Shown: one piece after another, positions 16,731 through 26,522 of the stretch
How positions within the stretch are numbered: the stretch's first letter is position 1
Layout of the letters: each line of letters begins with the position of its first letter
Assembly: GCA_021325135.1 (NCBI GenBank)
Contig: JAJPHT010000026.1
Location: forward strand, 56,094-120,093
Source: Pseudomonadota bacterium
GTDB taxonomy: Archaea; Thermoplasmatota; SW-10-69-26; JACQPN01; JAJPHT01
Length of the DNA stretch: 64,000 nt
Reading direction: 5' to 3'
Position numbers and translations under genes: made by a program
The notes under the pieces: model-generated
Told to the model about the DNA's origin: nothing
What the model saw: the letters and a program-made list of their open reading frames with translations, nothing else
Databases searched by the model: none

Positions 16731-19611
16731 TCCCCTTGCCGTACTTCTCCACCTTCTTGGGCCCCATGCCCTTCACCGCCAGGAGGTCGGACTCGGTGGC
16801 GGGCCGCGCCGCGGCGATGGCGCGCAGCGTCGCGTCGTGCGCGACGACGTAGGCCGGCACGCCCTCCTCGTCCGCCCGCGCCTTGCGCCACGCCTTCAGC
16901 GCCGCCAGCAGCGCGTCGTCCACGTCCGAGGGCTCGGCGCCCGCGGGCGCCTCGCGCTTGGGCGGCGCCTCGACGACCAGGGGCCGCTCGCCGAAGAGGG
17001 CGTCGAGCCCCTTGGGCGTGAGCTTCAGCATCGTGCCGCCGTGCTCCAGCGTCGCGCGCTCGACGTAGCCCATCTCCTCCATGCTGCCGATGAGGGCCTT
17101 CACCTTGCTCTCGCTGCGCAGGCCCAGCGAGCCGCGGGCGGGGAGCTTGTCGGCCCACGGCGGGCTGCGCGCGTCGCCGCGCAGGTGCCAGATGAGGTTG
17201 CGCTCGCCGATCCCGCGGCCCCCGGAGAGCGCGTTGAGGACGTGCCGGCGCGCCTCCTCCTCGGAGCCCGCGCCCTCCTCGGGAAGCTCGTGCGCGACGC
17301 CCAGGCAGTTGTCGCAGCTGCCGCAACGCTCCGGCACCCCCTCCTCGCCGAAGTAGCGGCGCAGGTACCAGTGGCGGCAGCGCGTCGTCTTCACGTAGTC
17401 GAGGATCTCCTTGCCGCGCTGCTCGGCCAGCGCCGCGTAGCGGTCCAGGACCGCGGGCGCGCCCTCCGCGGAGCCCGTGACCTTGTGCAGGATCGCGCGG
17501 GGGCCCACCTGGAAGAAGAGCGCCCCGTCCGCCTCTTTCGACAGCAGGGTGGGCTCGACCTTCTCGGGGGCGACGCCCAGCGCGCGGGCCGCCTCGAAGA
17601 GGCCCACCTCGCGGCCCGAGATGGGGAGGTCGCCGCCGTGGACCAGCACGCTGCGCGGCGCGTCGGCGAGGCGGACCGCGGCGCCGGCCTCCGCGAGGAT
17701 GGAGAGCGCGACGCGGGGCTTCACGTCGTCCTCGGGGTCGAGCGCCGCCACCTGCGCGGGGTCCAGCAGGCTGTAGCCGTCCTCGCCCGCGCTCGCCAGC
17801 AGGAGGCCCCACGCCTCGTGGACGAGCTTCGCGCTGGGCAGGTCGCCCCGCGCGCGGCTCTTGAGCTGCCCGCCGTCCTGCGCGGTGGCGAGGAGCACGC
17901 AGCGCGCGGGAAGCCCGTCGCGCCCGGCGCGGCCCGACTCCTGCGAGTAGCTCTCGACGCTCTCGGCGGGGTCGGCGTGGAAGACGAAGCGGATGTCCCC
18001 CTTGTTGATGCCCATGCCGAAGGCGACCGTCGCGACGAGCACGTCGACGCGCCCCTCCATGAACTCCTCCTGGCGGCGCGTCCGGTCGTCGAGCCCCGCG
18101 TGGTAGGGCGCGGCGCGCAGGCCCGCGCGGGAGAGCGCCTCGGCGAGCTGCTCGCACTTGGCGCGGCTGCTGGCGTACACGATGCCGGGGCCCGGCGTCT
18201 CGCGGCAGAGCTGCACGAGGTGCGCGAGCTTGTCGTCCGCGCTTCTGGCGAGGATCGCCTCGTAGCGGAGGTTGGGGCGCGCGGTGCTGGCGCGCACGAC
18301 GGTCATGGGGCAGAGGCGGCGCACGATGTCGCGCTCCACGCGCGGGGGCGCCGTCGCGGTGAACGCCGCCACGGGAGGGCTCCCCAGGAGCGTGCGCGCG
18401 TCGGCGATGCCCAGGTAGTCGGGGCGGAAGTCGTGCCCCCACACCGAGACGCAGTGCGCCTCGTCCACCACCAGGCGGACGACGCCCGCGCGGCGCAGCG
18501 CGGCGAGGAAGGTCGCGTTGCGAAGACGCTCGGGCGCCGCGTAGACGAGGCGGTAGCGCCCCGCCGCGATCTCGTCGAGCGCGCGCCGCGCCTGGGCCTG
18601 CGTCAGCTCGCTGGTGAGCGCGACGCTGGCGGCGCGCATGGGCGCGGGGAGCGAGTCGAGCTGGTCCTTCATGAGCGCGATCAAGGGGCTCACCACCAGC
18701 GTGACGCCGCGCGAGAGCACGGCGGGCAATTGATAGCACAAGCTCTTGCCGCCGCCCGTGGGCATGAGGGCCAGCACGTCCTCGCCGCGCAGGATGCGCG
18801 CCAGCACCTCGCCCTGCCCCTCGCGGAGGCCCGCATAGCCGAAGTGGCGCCTCACGAGGTCCGCCGCGCGCTGGATCTCCTCCGGCGACACGGCGGGCCC
18901 GGAGGAGACGGCCTTGGGCGCCGCCTCCTGGCGCGGCGCCGCGGCGGCGCCCACGAGCGCGGCGGCCTCGGCGCGCTGGAGGGAGAGCGCCTCGGCCATG
19001 GCCTGCGCATGGTGCTCCTCGCCCGCGCCCTCGAAGAAGCGGCGCAGCCTCTGGTGATAGCTCGCGGAAAGCGGGCCCTCCTCGTCGCCGCGCGTGTCGA
19101 GGAGGCGCGCCGCGAACGCGCTGCCCGACACCCAGTCGCCCATGGCGCCGCACGCCTCCGCGAGGCCCAGGAGGCCGCGCCTCCTCGTGGGGTGCTCCGC
19201 GACGGCGGCCTCGAAGGCGCGCCGCGCAGGTGCGGCCTCACCGGCCTCCAGCAGCGCCTCGCCCAGGATGACGCGCCGCAGGTAGGGAGCGAGCCCCGGC
19301 TGCGCGTCCAGGAAGGAAGGCACCTCGGCGACGCGGCCCAGGCGCGCGAGGGCGCGGGCGCGCAGGCCGAGGCTCACGCTGGAGGCGCCCTGCGCCTCGC
19401 GGCGCTCCACCGTGGCCAGCGCGCCTGCGGCGTCGCCCGTGTCCAGCTGCGCCTCGGCGAGGAGGTCCAGGGCGAGCAGGCCCGCGCGGGCCGGGTCCAC
19501 GAGGCGGACGACCTCCTCGGGGCGGCCGGCGACGAGGAGCGCGCGCAGGTGGGCGGCCTGCTCGCGGGGCGGGCGGTCCGCGAAGTCCATCGCGAAGCGC
19601 AGCGCCCCCAT
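16702..19611 (-). CDS. recQ: RecQ family helicase with N-terminal TPR-like region and C-terminal HRDC
   Basis: MPTGGGKSLCYQLP, VDEAHCVSVWGHDFRPDY, ATVAFGMGI, QESGRAGRDG, CR...YFGE...CGSCDNC, HRDC (LKAWRK...VPAYVV). Start may be 19590. Confidence 0.92.
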   Translation of the reverse strand: MGALRFAMDFADRPPREQAAHLRALLVAGRPEEVVRLVDPARAGLLALDLLAEAQLDTGDAAGALATVERREAQGASSVSLGLRARALARLGRVAEVPSFLDAQPGLAPYLRRVILGEALLEAGEAAPARRAFEAAVAEHPTRRRGLLGLAEACGAMGDWVSGSAFAARLLDTRGDEEGPLSASYHQRLRRFFEGAGEEHHAQAMAEALSLQRAEAAALVGAAAAPRQEAAPKAVSSGPAVSPEEIQRAADLVRRHFGYAGLREGQGEVLARILRGEDVLALMPTGGGKSLCYQLPAVLSRGVTLVVSPLIALMKDQLDSLPAPMRAASVALTSELTQAQARRALDEIAAGRYRLVYAAPERLRNATFLAALRRAGVVRLVVDEAHCVSVWGHDFRPDYLGIADARTLLGSPPVAAFTATAPPRVERDIVRRLCPMTVVRASTARPNLRYEAILARSADDKLAHLVQLCRETPGPGIVYASSRAKCEQLAEALSRAGLRAAPYHAGLDDRTRRQEEFMEGRVDVLVATVAFGMGINKGDIRFVFHADPAESVESYSQESGRAGRDGLPARCVLLATAQDGGQLKSRARGDLPSAKLVHEAWGLLLASAGEDGYSLLDPAQVAALDPEDDVKPRVALSILAEAGAAVRLADAPRSVLVHGGDLPISGREVGLFEAARALGVAPEKVEPTLLSKEADGALFFQVGPRAILHKVTGSAEGAPAVLDRYAALAEQRGKEILDYVKTTRCRHWYLRRYFGEEGVPERCGSCDNCLGVAHELPEEGAGSEEEARRHVLNALSGGRGIGERNLIWHLRGDARSPPWADKLPARGSLGLRSESKVKALIGSMEEMGYVERATLEHGGTMLKLTPKGLDALFGERPLVVEAPPKREAPAGAEPSDVDDALLAALKAWRKARADEEGVPAYVVAHDATLRAIAAARPATESDLLAVKGMGPKKVEKYGKGIIEVVGRSP

Positions 19612-19615
19612 GGGC

Positions 19616-20371
19616 CTAAAGCTGTGCCCCTCTCGATCCGACGGCCACGTGGACCTCCACCGGGAAGGCGAGCCCGTGCGGGCCCGTCCAGGGCCGGAGC
19701 GCGTCGTCCACGTCGCGGAGCAGCCCCTCGCGCGCCTCGTCGATCGCCTCCGCCTCCGAGAGCGAGGAGCCCGCGACGTAGGCCTCGGCGAAGGCCGCGC
19801 CGCTGGCGAAGCGCGCCTCCCTGCGCAGCCGCTCCACGGTGACGCCCATCCCCGCCTTCTCGAAGAGGCCGCGCAGCCCCGCCTCGGTCTCCAGCGCGTC
19901 GTCGAAGCGCAGCGCGAGCCCTTGGCCCAGGCGCTTGCGCGCGGCCTCGTCCAGCGCGCGGAAGCCCGGGCTCTCCGCGAGGCCGGTCCACAGGAGGACG
20001 CCCACGCGCGGCGCGACGCGGGCCAGCTCCGCCACCGCCCGCGCCGGGTCCTCCGCGAAGGGGAGGCCGTGCTGGCAGAGCGCGACGTCGAACGCGCCGT
20101 CGTGGAAGGGCAGCCGCTCCACGTCGGCCAGCGTCCAGCGCGCGGAGGGGACGACGCCCCGCGCGAACGCGACCATGTCGTCCCAGCTGTCCGCGGCCAC
20201 CACGCGGGCGCGCGGGAGGAGGCGCGCGAGGGCCCCGGTGCCCGCGGCGGCGTCCAGCACGCGCGCGCCGGGCGCGACCGGGACCCGCGATAGCAATTCC
20301 CGCGCGAGGGGGAGCATGAGCGCGGGGACGAGGCCGCGCTCGTAGCCTTGGGGGATGGGCGAGGTGGTCAC
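19616..20371 (-). CDS. Class I SAM-dependent methyltransferase
   Basis: VLDAAAGTGAL, ADVERLPFHDGAFDVALCQHGL; GTG at 20371 overlaps the upstream stop. Confidence 0.85.
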   Translation of the reverse strand: MTTSPIPQGYERGLVPALMLPLARELLSRVPVAPGARVLDAAAGTGALARLLPRARVVAADSWDDMVAFARGVVPSARWTLADVERLPFHDGAFDVALCQHGLPFAEDPARAVAELARVAPRVGVLLWTGLAESPGFRALDEAARKRLGQGLALRFDDALETEAGLRGLFEKAGMGVTVERLRREARFASGAAFAEAYVAGSSLSEAEAIDEAREGLLRDVDDALRPWTGPHGLAFPVEVHVAVGSRGAQL

Positions 20372-20691
20372 GCGGCCCACTCCAGCGCCCACTCGTAGCT
20401 CTCCCGCAGCCAGGCCATGAGCTGCGAGTCCACGTCGCCGGGGGCCTCCACGACGACGCGGTGCGGGAGGAGGGGCATGCGCGCGGCGCGGGCGTCGAGG
20501 ATGCGGTCGTGGTCGGCGCGGCCCACCTTGCGGAACCCCACGTCGACGCGCCGCGCCAGGGGGCGCAGGACGGCGAAGGGCGCGCCGCCGCGGTGATAGC
20601 GCACGAACCCGTTGCGCGTCTCCACCGTCACGTCGGGGCCGAAGCGGCGCAGCGTGCGGTCGAGGAACTCCGCGGCGGCTCGCGCGCTCAC
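20368..20691 (-). CDS. DUF5655-like protein
   Basis: FGPDVTVE...VRY...FA...DVDSQLMAWLRESYE pattern. Confidence 0.65.
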   Translation of the reverse strand: MSARAAAEFLDRTLRRFGPDVTVETRNGFVRYHRGGAPFAVLRPLARRVDVGFRKVGRADHDRILDARAARMPLLPHRVVVEAPGDVDSQLMAWLRESYEWALEWAA

Positions 20692-20783
20692 GCCTCGGCA
20701 ACGAAGGGCACCCGCTTCAAGGTCTCCGGTGGGACGATCTCCTCCCTTCCCCCGTTGGCGCCATGGCGCGGCGTCTTGGGAAT

Positions 20784-20815
20784 CGTCGCGTCGTGGCGCC
20801 GTCGCGCCGTGGCGT
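20784..20815. repeat. Short 8-bp tandem repeat
   Basis: cgtcgcgt/cgtggcgc/cgtcgcgc/cgtggcgt. Confidence 0.5.
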
Positions 20816-20838
20816 CAAGTGGTGGCGAGAAGGCAGGC

Positions 20839-21081
20839 TCAGCACCCGGAGGCCATCATGGCCAGGGGCGACGCGGCGGCCTGGCCGTCGAGGTAGGCCT
20901 GGTTGGCCGTCGTCGTCTCGTGGAGGAGGAAGGCGCCCACGCAGGCCGAGAGGACGCCGAAGGCGAGCCAGACGGGGGGCGACGCGCACCGGGCGCGCAG
21001 CATGAGCGAGCCGCCCAGGAGGACGAGCACGTAGGCGAGGTCCAGGACGAGCCAGTCCCACGGCACGACGGGCCCGCACAT
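20839..21081 (-). CDS. Small membrane protein
   Basis: Two TM segments; start uncertain. Confidence 0.5.
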   Translation of the reverse strand: MCGPVVPWDWLVLDLAYVLVLLGGSLMLRARCASPPVWLAFGVLSACVGAFLLHETTTANQAYLDGQAAASPLAMMASGC

Positions 21082-21185
21082 GACGACCGGCGCTGGGCGC
21101 TCCTCCCGGATGGCCCGATCGCCGGGGGACAAGGGGCCCTGGGGCCCGCGCAACCCTCATGCGGCGGCGGGGAATGGTCCGTGCG

Positions 21186-21494
21186 ATGCCGGCCGTCAAG
21201 GGGAACAGCCTGGGCGCGCGCATCCTGCTGCTCCTGGGCGAGCGATACCCCATCACCCTGCGGCAGGTGGCGCTGGCGCTCCAGACGCGGCCCGACGCCG
21301 TGGAGCGCGAGACGAAGCGCCTCCTCGCGCAGGGGCTCGTCGTCACGGAGCGGCTGGGCGAGGAGACGTACGTCGCGTTGAGCGGCGCGGGCGTCACGTA
21401 CCTCGGGCTCCCCGCGAAGGAGGCGGAGCGCCTGAAGGGGCGCAAGCCCGCCCCCGCGAAGCCGCGCGACGAGGGCGACCCCGCGTTTGGCTAG
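21186..21494 (+). CDS. Winged-HTH protein
   Basis: ILLLL..RYPITLRQVALAL...VERETKRLLAQGLV. Confidence 0.7.
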   Translation: MPAVKGNSLGARILLLLGERYPITLRQVALALQTRPDAVERETKRLLAQGLVVTERLGEETYVALSGAGVTYLGLPAKEAERLKGRKPAPAKPRDEGDPAFG

Positions 21495-21555
21495 CGCCTT
21501 CGGGGAATGTACCAGAAACCCCCTTCTCTCCCGTCACGCGTGAGACTCGATCCTC

Positions 21556-22371
21556 GTGCCCGCTTCGTTCCGGCGCATCCTCCACATCGAAGACTCCGAG
21601 ACCGACGCCTACATCGTGAAGCGCGCCTTCCGCGACCAGCCGGACGTCGAGATCGCCTGGGCCACGACGGGGAGCCAGGGGCTCCAGAAGCTCCTCGAAG
21701 GGAACTTCGACCTGGTGCTCCTGGACTACGCCCTGCCCGACATGACGGGCCTGGAGGTGCTGCTGCAGGTCGTGGAGAAGTCGCCCGGCACGCCGGTCGT
21801 CATCGTCTCGGGCTTCGGCAGCGAGTACGTCGCCGCGCGGGGCCTCCAGGTGGGCGCCATCGGCTACGTCAACAAGGACGCGCCCCACTTCCGCGAGGAG
21901 CTTCCCCGCACGCTGGAGCGCCTCCACGAGCAGAGCCGCTCGCAGCGCCGCGCGAAGGAGATCGAGGAGCGCATCCGCACGCGGCCCAACCTGCGCCACA
22001 GCATGGAGGACGTGCTGGGCACGCTGCGCGAGGCGCTCCCCGAGGCGCGCGGCACCTTCATCACCTCCTCCGACGGCCTGCCCCTCGCCCTCTCCAAGAG
22101 CGCCGAAGGCGGACGCGACATCGATCCGCTCTCGGCCATGGTGTGCGGCTCGGTGCTCCGCAACCTCGACATGATCGGCGGCAACCTGGACCTCGCGGAG
22201 CAGGAGACGGGTGTTGTGCGTTACCGCGACGGCTCGCTGGTCTACCGGCGCGTCCCCGACGTGGGCAGCCTCGTCGTCGTCTTCGACCGCGAGGCCCACG
22301 CGCGGGAGGACCTGCGCGAGGTGGACGTCGCCGCGCGGGAGATCACGAGCCTCGTGAAGGACGTGGCCTGA
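21556..22371 (+). CDS. Response regulator receiver fused to Roadblock/LC7 (MglB-like) domain
   Basis: ILHIED, DLVLLDYALPDMTG, GAIGYVNK; C-terminal GTFITSSDGLPLA...LSAM...GSLVVV roadblock pattern. Confidence 0.85.
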   Translation: MPASFRRILHIEDSETDAYIVKRAFRDQPDVEIAWATTGSQGLQKLLEGNFDLVLLDYALPDMTGLEVLLQVVEKSPGTPVVIVSGFGSEYVAARGLQVGAIGYVNKDAPHFREELPRTLERLHEQSRSQRRAKEIEERIRTRPNLRHSMEDVLGTLREALPEARGTFITSSDGLPLALSKSAEGGRDIDPLSAMVCGSVLRNLDMIGGNLDLAEQETGVVRYRDGSLVYRRVPDVGSLVVVFDREAHAREDLREVDVAAREITSLVKDVA

Positions 22372-22408
22372 CCCAAACCCCCAAGTGCAGCATCCCTGGT
22401 TCCCCCGC

Positions 22409-23245
22409 GTGCTCCGCGCCCTGCTGCGCATGACGCGCCCCGGCAACGCCCTCGTCGCGGGCGCCGGCGCCTGGGCGGGCTCCCTGCTGGCGGGCGCGTC
22501 GCTTCTCCCGGCTTGGCGCGCGTGGCTCGCGATCCTCGCCTCGGTGGCCTTCGCCGCCGCGGGCAACCTCCGCAACGATGTGCTGGACGTGGAGATCGAC
22601 CGCGTCGCGCACCCCGAGAGACCCCTCGTGCGCGGGGAGGCGACGCCGCGGGCGGCCAACGCGCTGGCCATCGCGCTCTACGCGGCCGCGCTGGCGTGCG
22701 GCCTCCTCGTGGGGCTCTGGGCGGGGCTCGTCGTGCTGGTGGCGCTTCCGCTGATGGAAGGGTACGAGCGCACGCTCAAGGCGCGGGGGTTGCCGGGGAA
22801 CGTCGCCGTCGCGCTGCTGACGGGGGCTCCCTTCCTGGTGGGCGCGCTGGCCGCAGGGGGCATCCGCGCGCCCGCGCTGGCGGTGGCCGGGCTCGCCGCG
22901 CTGGCGACGCTGGCGCGGGAGGTGCTCAAGGACGTGGAGGACGTGGACGCGGACCGCCCGCACCGCTGGACGCTCCCCATGCGCGTCGGGGCGCAGAGCG
23001 CGTGCGCGCTCGCGGCCGCGGCCCTCGTCGCGACGACGCTGCTCTCGCCCCTGCCGTGGCTTCAAGGAAACGTTTTAGGGTGGGCCTATGTTCCGGCGGT
23101 CGGCCTGGCCGACCTGGCCTTCCTCGCCGCCGCGTGGACGGGCTTCTCGCGACCGGGCCGCGGACAGCGCCTCGCGAAGGCCGGCATGGTGCTGGCGCTT
23201 CTCGCCCTCGTCGCGGGCCGGGCGCAGGCGGGTGGACTGGCGTGA
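22409..23245 (+). CDS. Digeranylgeranylglyceryl phosphate synthase (UbiA family)
   Basis: RPGN, NDVLDVEIDRVAHPERPL, AREVLKDVEDVDAD; coupled to GGGP synthase. Confidence 0.88.
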   Translation: MLRALLRMTRPGNALVAGAGAWAGSLLAGASLLPAWRAWLAILASVAFAAAGNLRNDVLDVEIDRVAHPERPLVRGEATPRAANALAIALYAAALACGLLVGLWAGLVVLVALPLMEGYERTLKARGLPGNVAVALLTGAPFLVGALAAGGIRAPALAVAGLAALATLAREVLKDVEDVDADRPHRWTLPMRVGAQSACALAAAALVATTLLSPLPWLQGNVLGWAYVPAVGLADLAFLAAAWTGFSRPGRGQRLAKAGMVLALLALVAGRAQAGGLA

Positions 23246-23997
23246 GCGGGCGCGTGTGGAAGACCATCCAGGATCGCCTCCAGGGCGGCCCCATCCACAT
23301 GACGCTCCTGGACCCGGCCACCTCGCCGGGCCCCGTGGGCGAGAGCATCGCCACCATCGCCGCCAACTACGGCACTGACGCCATCATGGTGGGCGGCTCC
23401 ACCGACGTCTCCAGCGACAACCTCGACGAGCTGGTGCTCCACATCAAGGAGAAGACGCGCCTGCCCGTCATCTACTTCCCCAGCACCGCGGGCGCCATGA
23501 GCCCCCACGTGGACGCCATCTACTTCCTCAGCGTCCTCAACTCCCGCGACCCGCGCATGATCGTGGGCGAGCAGGCCCGCGGCGCGCCGCTCCTGAAGGC
23601 GCTGGGCACCGAGGCCATCCCCATGGGGTACGTCCTCGTCTCGCCCGGCATGAAGGTGGGCCAGGTGAGCCACGCCGACCTCATCACCCGCGACGCGGCC
23701 GGGGCCGAGCGCGCCGCCAACCTCGCCCTTGCCGCCCAGATGTTCGGCATGAAGCTGGTCTACCTGGAGTGCGGCAGCGGCTCCCCCGAGCCCTGCCCCG
23801 TGGAGATCGTCCGCGCCGTCCGGCAGGTCCTGGACGTCCCCCTGGTGGTGGGCGGCGGCATCCGCACCGGCGCCCAGGCGGAGGCCCTCCTCGCCGCGGG
23901 GGCGGACATCCTGGTCACGGGCACCATCGCCGAGAACCGCCACTTCGACCGCCTGGCCGAGGTCGTGAAGGCCGTCAAGGGCGCCCGCAAGGCCTGA
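23242..23997 (+). CDS. Geranylgeranylglyceryl phosphate synthase
   Basis: HMTLLDP, IMVGGST, LSVLNS, YLECGSG, VGGGIR, GADILVTGT. Confidence 0.93.
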   Translation: MSGRVWKTIQDRLQGGPIHMTLLDPATSPGPVGESIATIAANYGTDAIMVGGSTDVSSDNLDELVLHIKEKTRLPVIYFPSTAGAMSPHVDAIYFLSVLNSRDPRMIVGEQARGAPLLKALGTEAIPMGYVLVSPGMKVGQVSHADLITRDAAGAERAANLALAAQMFGMKLVYLECGSGSPEPCPVEIVRAVRQVLDVPLVVGGGIRTGAQAEALLAAGADILVTGTIAENRHFDRLAEVVKAVKGARKA

Positions 23998-24086
23998 AGA
24001 CCGTCAAAACCCGGCCGATTTCATTTCAACGACGTTTCAACCGCCGGCCCACCATGCTTATATGTCGACCCCCCAGGTGGGAGGCC

Positions 24087-25727
24087 ATGCGAGCCGCAGC
24101 GATGCTGGTCCTCGTCGTCCTGGCCGTCGTGCCCCTGGCGGCCGCGGCGGCGCAGTTCGGGTCCGACAGCACGCTGGAGGCCAACGACCCCATCCTCCTG
24201 GACGGGCGCGCCGACTCCGCCTACGTCGCGGGCGTCGTGGGCTTCGTCTCCTCCAAGGCGGACACCCCCGTCTCCCTCCATCTCAAGGCCGACGAGGTCG
24301 GGCTCAACGAGACCACCTACGATCCCGGAAGCTGCCCCTCCGGCACGCCCCTGGCCCAGCCCGCCTGCGTGGGCACGGCCCCCGCCTCAAAGACCGACAC
24401 GCTGCGCGACGCCGTGCTCACCGTGGACGCCGCGTCCAGCGCGTACAAGGTGGCCGTCTCCAACAACCGCACCCAGGGCACGCCCTCCGCCAGCTTCGGC
24501 GCGCCGGGCAGCCTCGTCGCCACCACGGGCCCCTCCAGCGTGCTGGGCACCAACGCCGCGGCGGACCACCTCTCCCCCTACGAGGCGGACTGGTCCGGCA
24601 GCACCGCGCGCGCCCCCGGCGAGCCCTTCTACGCCGCGGACCCCGACGCGCCCAAGCTCTCCACCACCAGCGGCGGCTCCGTGAGCGCGGGGCAGGGCCT
24701 CCGCGTGCTCCTCCAAGGCGTCAAGGTCCACGTCACGGGCACCTCGGCCGCGGGCCAGCGCGTGGACGAGACGCTGGACCTCGCCTCCTCCGACTCCAAG
24801 GTCCACTTCCTCGTGGTCGACGCCAGCGGCGCGGACCTCGCCGCGCAGAGCAGCGCGCCCTTCACGGGCTACGGCCTCGCCATCGCGGACGTGCACGGCT
24901 CGGCGCAGCTCACCAAGGTCTCTGGCCACGCCACCGTGGACGGCCACCCCGTGGACTACAACACCAACAGCGACGCCGTCCTCCCCGGCCCCATCTCGCT
25001 TGGCATCGTGAAGGTCAAGCCCGGCGACACGGCGCGCATCGTCTTCACCCTCAGCAGCACGCTGCGCGTGATCGCGCCCCACCCCGACGCCACGCGCCAG
25101 AACACTGCTGCGCTCGTCGCCGCGGGCGCGGGCGGCGCGGCGGGCGCCGGCCTCCTGGCGGGCCTGATCTACTTCTGGCCCCGCCTGCGCTTCGCGCTCA
25201 CGGCGCTCATGCTCCCCCTCTACAGCCGCATCGAGCGCACCGAGGTCCTGGAGCACACGAAGCGCGACGAGATCTACGAGCTCATCCGCGCGACGCCGGG
25301 CATCCACGCCCACGAGATCGGCGAGAAGGCCCTCATCGGCTGGGGCACCACGGTCTACCACCTCAAGCTCCTGGAGAGCCACGGCCTCGTCGTGTCCAAG
25401 AAGAGCGGCCGCTACAAGCGCTTCTTCGTGAACACCGGCGAGTACACCAAGAAGAAGGACGTGTACGGCGCGCTGCGCAACGAGACCGCCAAGCGCGTCG
25501 CCGAGTTCATCGTCGAGCACCCCGGCAGCAGCCAGAAGGAGCTGTGCGCCGCCGTGGGCATCCAGCCCTCGCTGGCCTCGTGGCACGTCGAGAAGCTGGA
25601 GGGCGTCGGCCTCGTGAAGCGCGTGAAGGACGGCCGCCAGGTGCGCTACTTCGCGGGCCCCGCCTGGGGCGACCTCAACGTGCAGGTGACGCCCTCAGGC
25701 GGCGCGGACACGCCGGCGGAGACGTAG
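24087..25727 (+). CDS. Membrane-anchored regulator: extracellular domain, TM, tandem winged-HTH
   Basis: Signal peptide; Ser/Thr-rich ectodomain; TM; LYSRI..VLEHTKRDEIYELIRATPGIH...YHL; second wHTH IVEHPGSSQKEL...WHVEKL. Confidence 0.85.
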   Translation: MRAAAMLVLVVLAVVPLAAAAAQFGSDSTLEANDPILLDGRADSAYVAGVVGFVSSKADTPVSLHLKADEVGLNETTYDPGSCPSGTPLAQPACVGTAPASKTDTLRDAVLTVDAASSAYKVAVSNNRTQGTPSASFGAPGSLVATTGPSSVLGTNAAADHLSPYEADWSGSTARAPGEPFYAADPDAPKLSTTSGGSVSAGQGLRVLLQGVKVHVTGTSAAGQRVDETLDLASSDSKVHFLVVDASGADLAAQSSAPFTGYGLAIADVHGSAQLTKVSGHATVDGHPVDYNTNSDAVLPGPISLGIVKVKPGDTARIVFTLSSTLRVIAPHPDATRQNTAALVAAGAGGAAGAGLLAGLIYFWPRLRFALTALMLPLYSRIERTEVLEHTKRDEIYELIRATPGIHAHEIGEKALIGWGTTVYHLKLLESHGLVVSKKSGRYKRFFVNTGEYTKKKDVYGALRNETAKRVAEFIVEHPGSSQKELCAAVGIQPSLASWHVEKLEGVGLVKRVKDGRQVRYFAGPAWGDLNVQVTPSGGADTPAET

Positions 25728-25805
25728 CGCCGGGAGCAGCCCGGGACATCGCCTCGGCTGCGCCCCCGCCACGTTGAATCCAGGAGCGCCGCATCCGCGC
25801 CTCGC

Positions 25806-25988
25806 ATGCGCGCCACCCTCCTCCTCGTCGCCCTCCTCGCCGCCACCGCCCTGGCGCCCCTCGCCGCGGCGGACATCGTGATCGAGTTCCCCTTCTGCGG
25901 CCCCGACGGGCCCCAGGACTGCGGCTGCCACGACGTGACGGTGCCCTTCCCCAAGGAGATCGACCCCGTCCACTGCCAGTGGGTCTGA
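25806..25988 (+). CDS. Secreted 4-Cys micropeptide 1
   Basis: Signal peptide ending AAA, mature DIVIEFPFC-x7-CGC-x15-CQWV. Confidence 0.7.
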   Translation: MRATLLLVALLAATALAPLAAADIVIEFPFCGPDGPQDCGCHDVTVPFPKEIDPVHCQWV

Positions 25989-25996
25989 GCCGCGCC

Positions 25997-26179
25997 TCAG
26001 CGCACGAAGTTCTCGCGGTGCTTCGAGCGCCGCGTCTGCGCGTCCGCCCTCGGGGGGCGCGGCTCCAGCCATCCGGCCTCGCTGCCCACCACCGACTCGT
26101 CGCGCTCCTTGAGCACGCGCATGCGGAACTCGCGCATCGCCTCGTTGGACGTCACGGCGGGGTTCTTGCGGCCAGACAT
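25997..26179 (-). CDS. Small basic hypothetical protein
   Basis: MSGRKNPAVTSNEAMREFRMRVLKE..., coding-like codons. Confidence 0.5.
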   Translation of the reverse strand: MSGRKNPAVTSNEAMREFRMRVLKERDESVVGSEAGWLEPRPPRADAQTRRSKHRENFVR

Positions 26180-26327
26180 GCCGCTTCCCTTGGCGGCACG
26201 GGCAGATGAACCGCGCGCCCTTTCCGAGCCCCCGATTGACTCGGCGCGGCGCGCCCGCACCGATTCGAGCAGCGCGCAGGATGCAGGGGCGGAACCGCGA
26301 TTCGCCGCGCGCTGCGTGGGGAGCCCC

Positions 26328-26516
26328 ATGGCCCGCGCCATCCTGCTCGCCATGCTGATCCTGGCCATCCCGCTCACCACCGCGACCCTCGCGGCGGCGG
26401 ACGTCAACGCCAGCGTGCCCGTGTGCGACGGCGAGGGCCACTGCAAGTGCCAGCGCATCCACGTCTCCGAGCCCGTCGCTCTCGCCGACCCCACGAACTG
26501 CAACTTCTCCGGGTGA
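26328..26516 (+). CDS. Secreted 4-Cys micropeptide 2
   Basis: Signal peptide, mature DVNASVPVC-x5-CKC-x16-CNFSG. Confidence 0.7.
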   Translation: MARAILLAMLILAIPLTTATLAAADVNASVPVCDGEGHCKCQRIHVSEPVALADPTNCNFSG

Positions 26517-26522
26517 TCCCTG

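Noticed and set aside
16837-19842. Very long alternative-frame ORFs (also 26706..30485, 39097..42369, 43812..47036, 47298..50429)
   Set aside because: Antisense or frame shadows of real genes caused by stop-codon scarcity at high GC; only the terminal parts of 26706.. and 43812.. are real genes.
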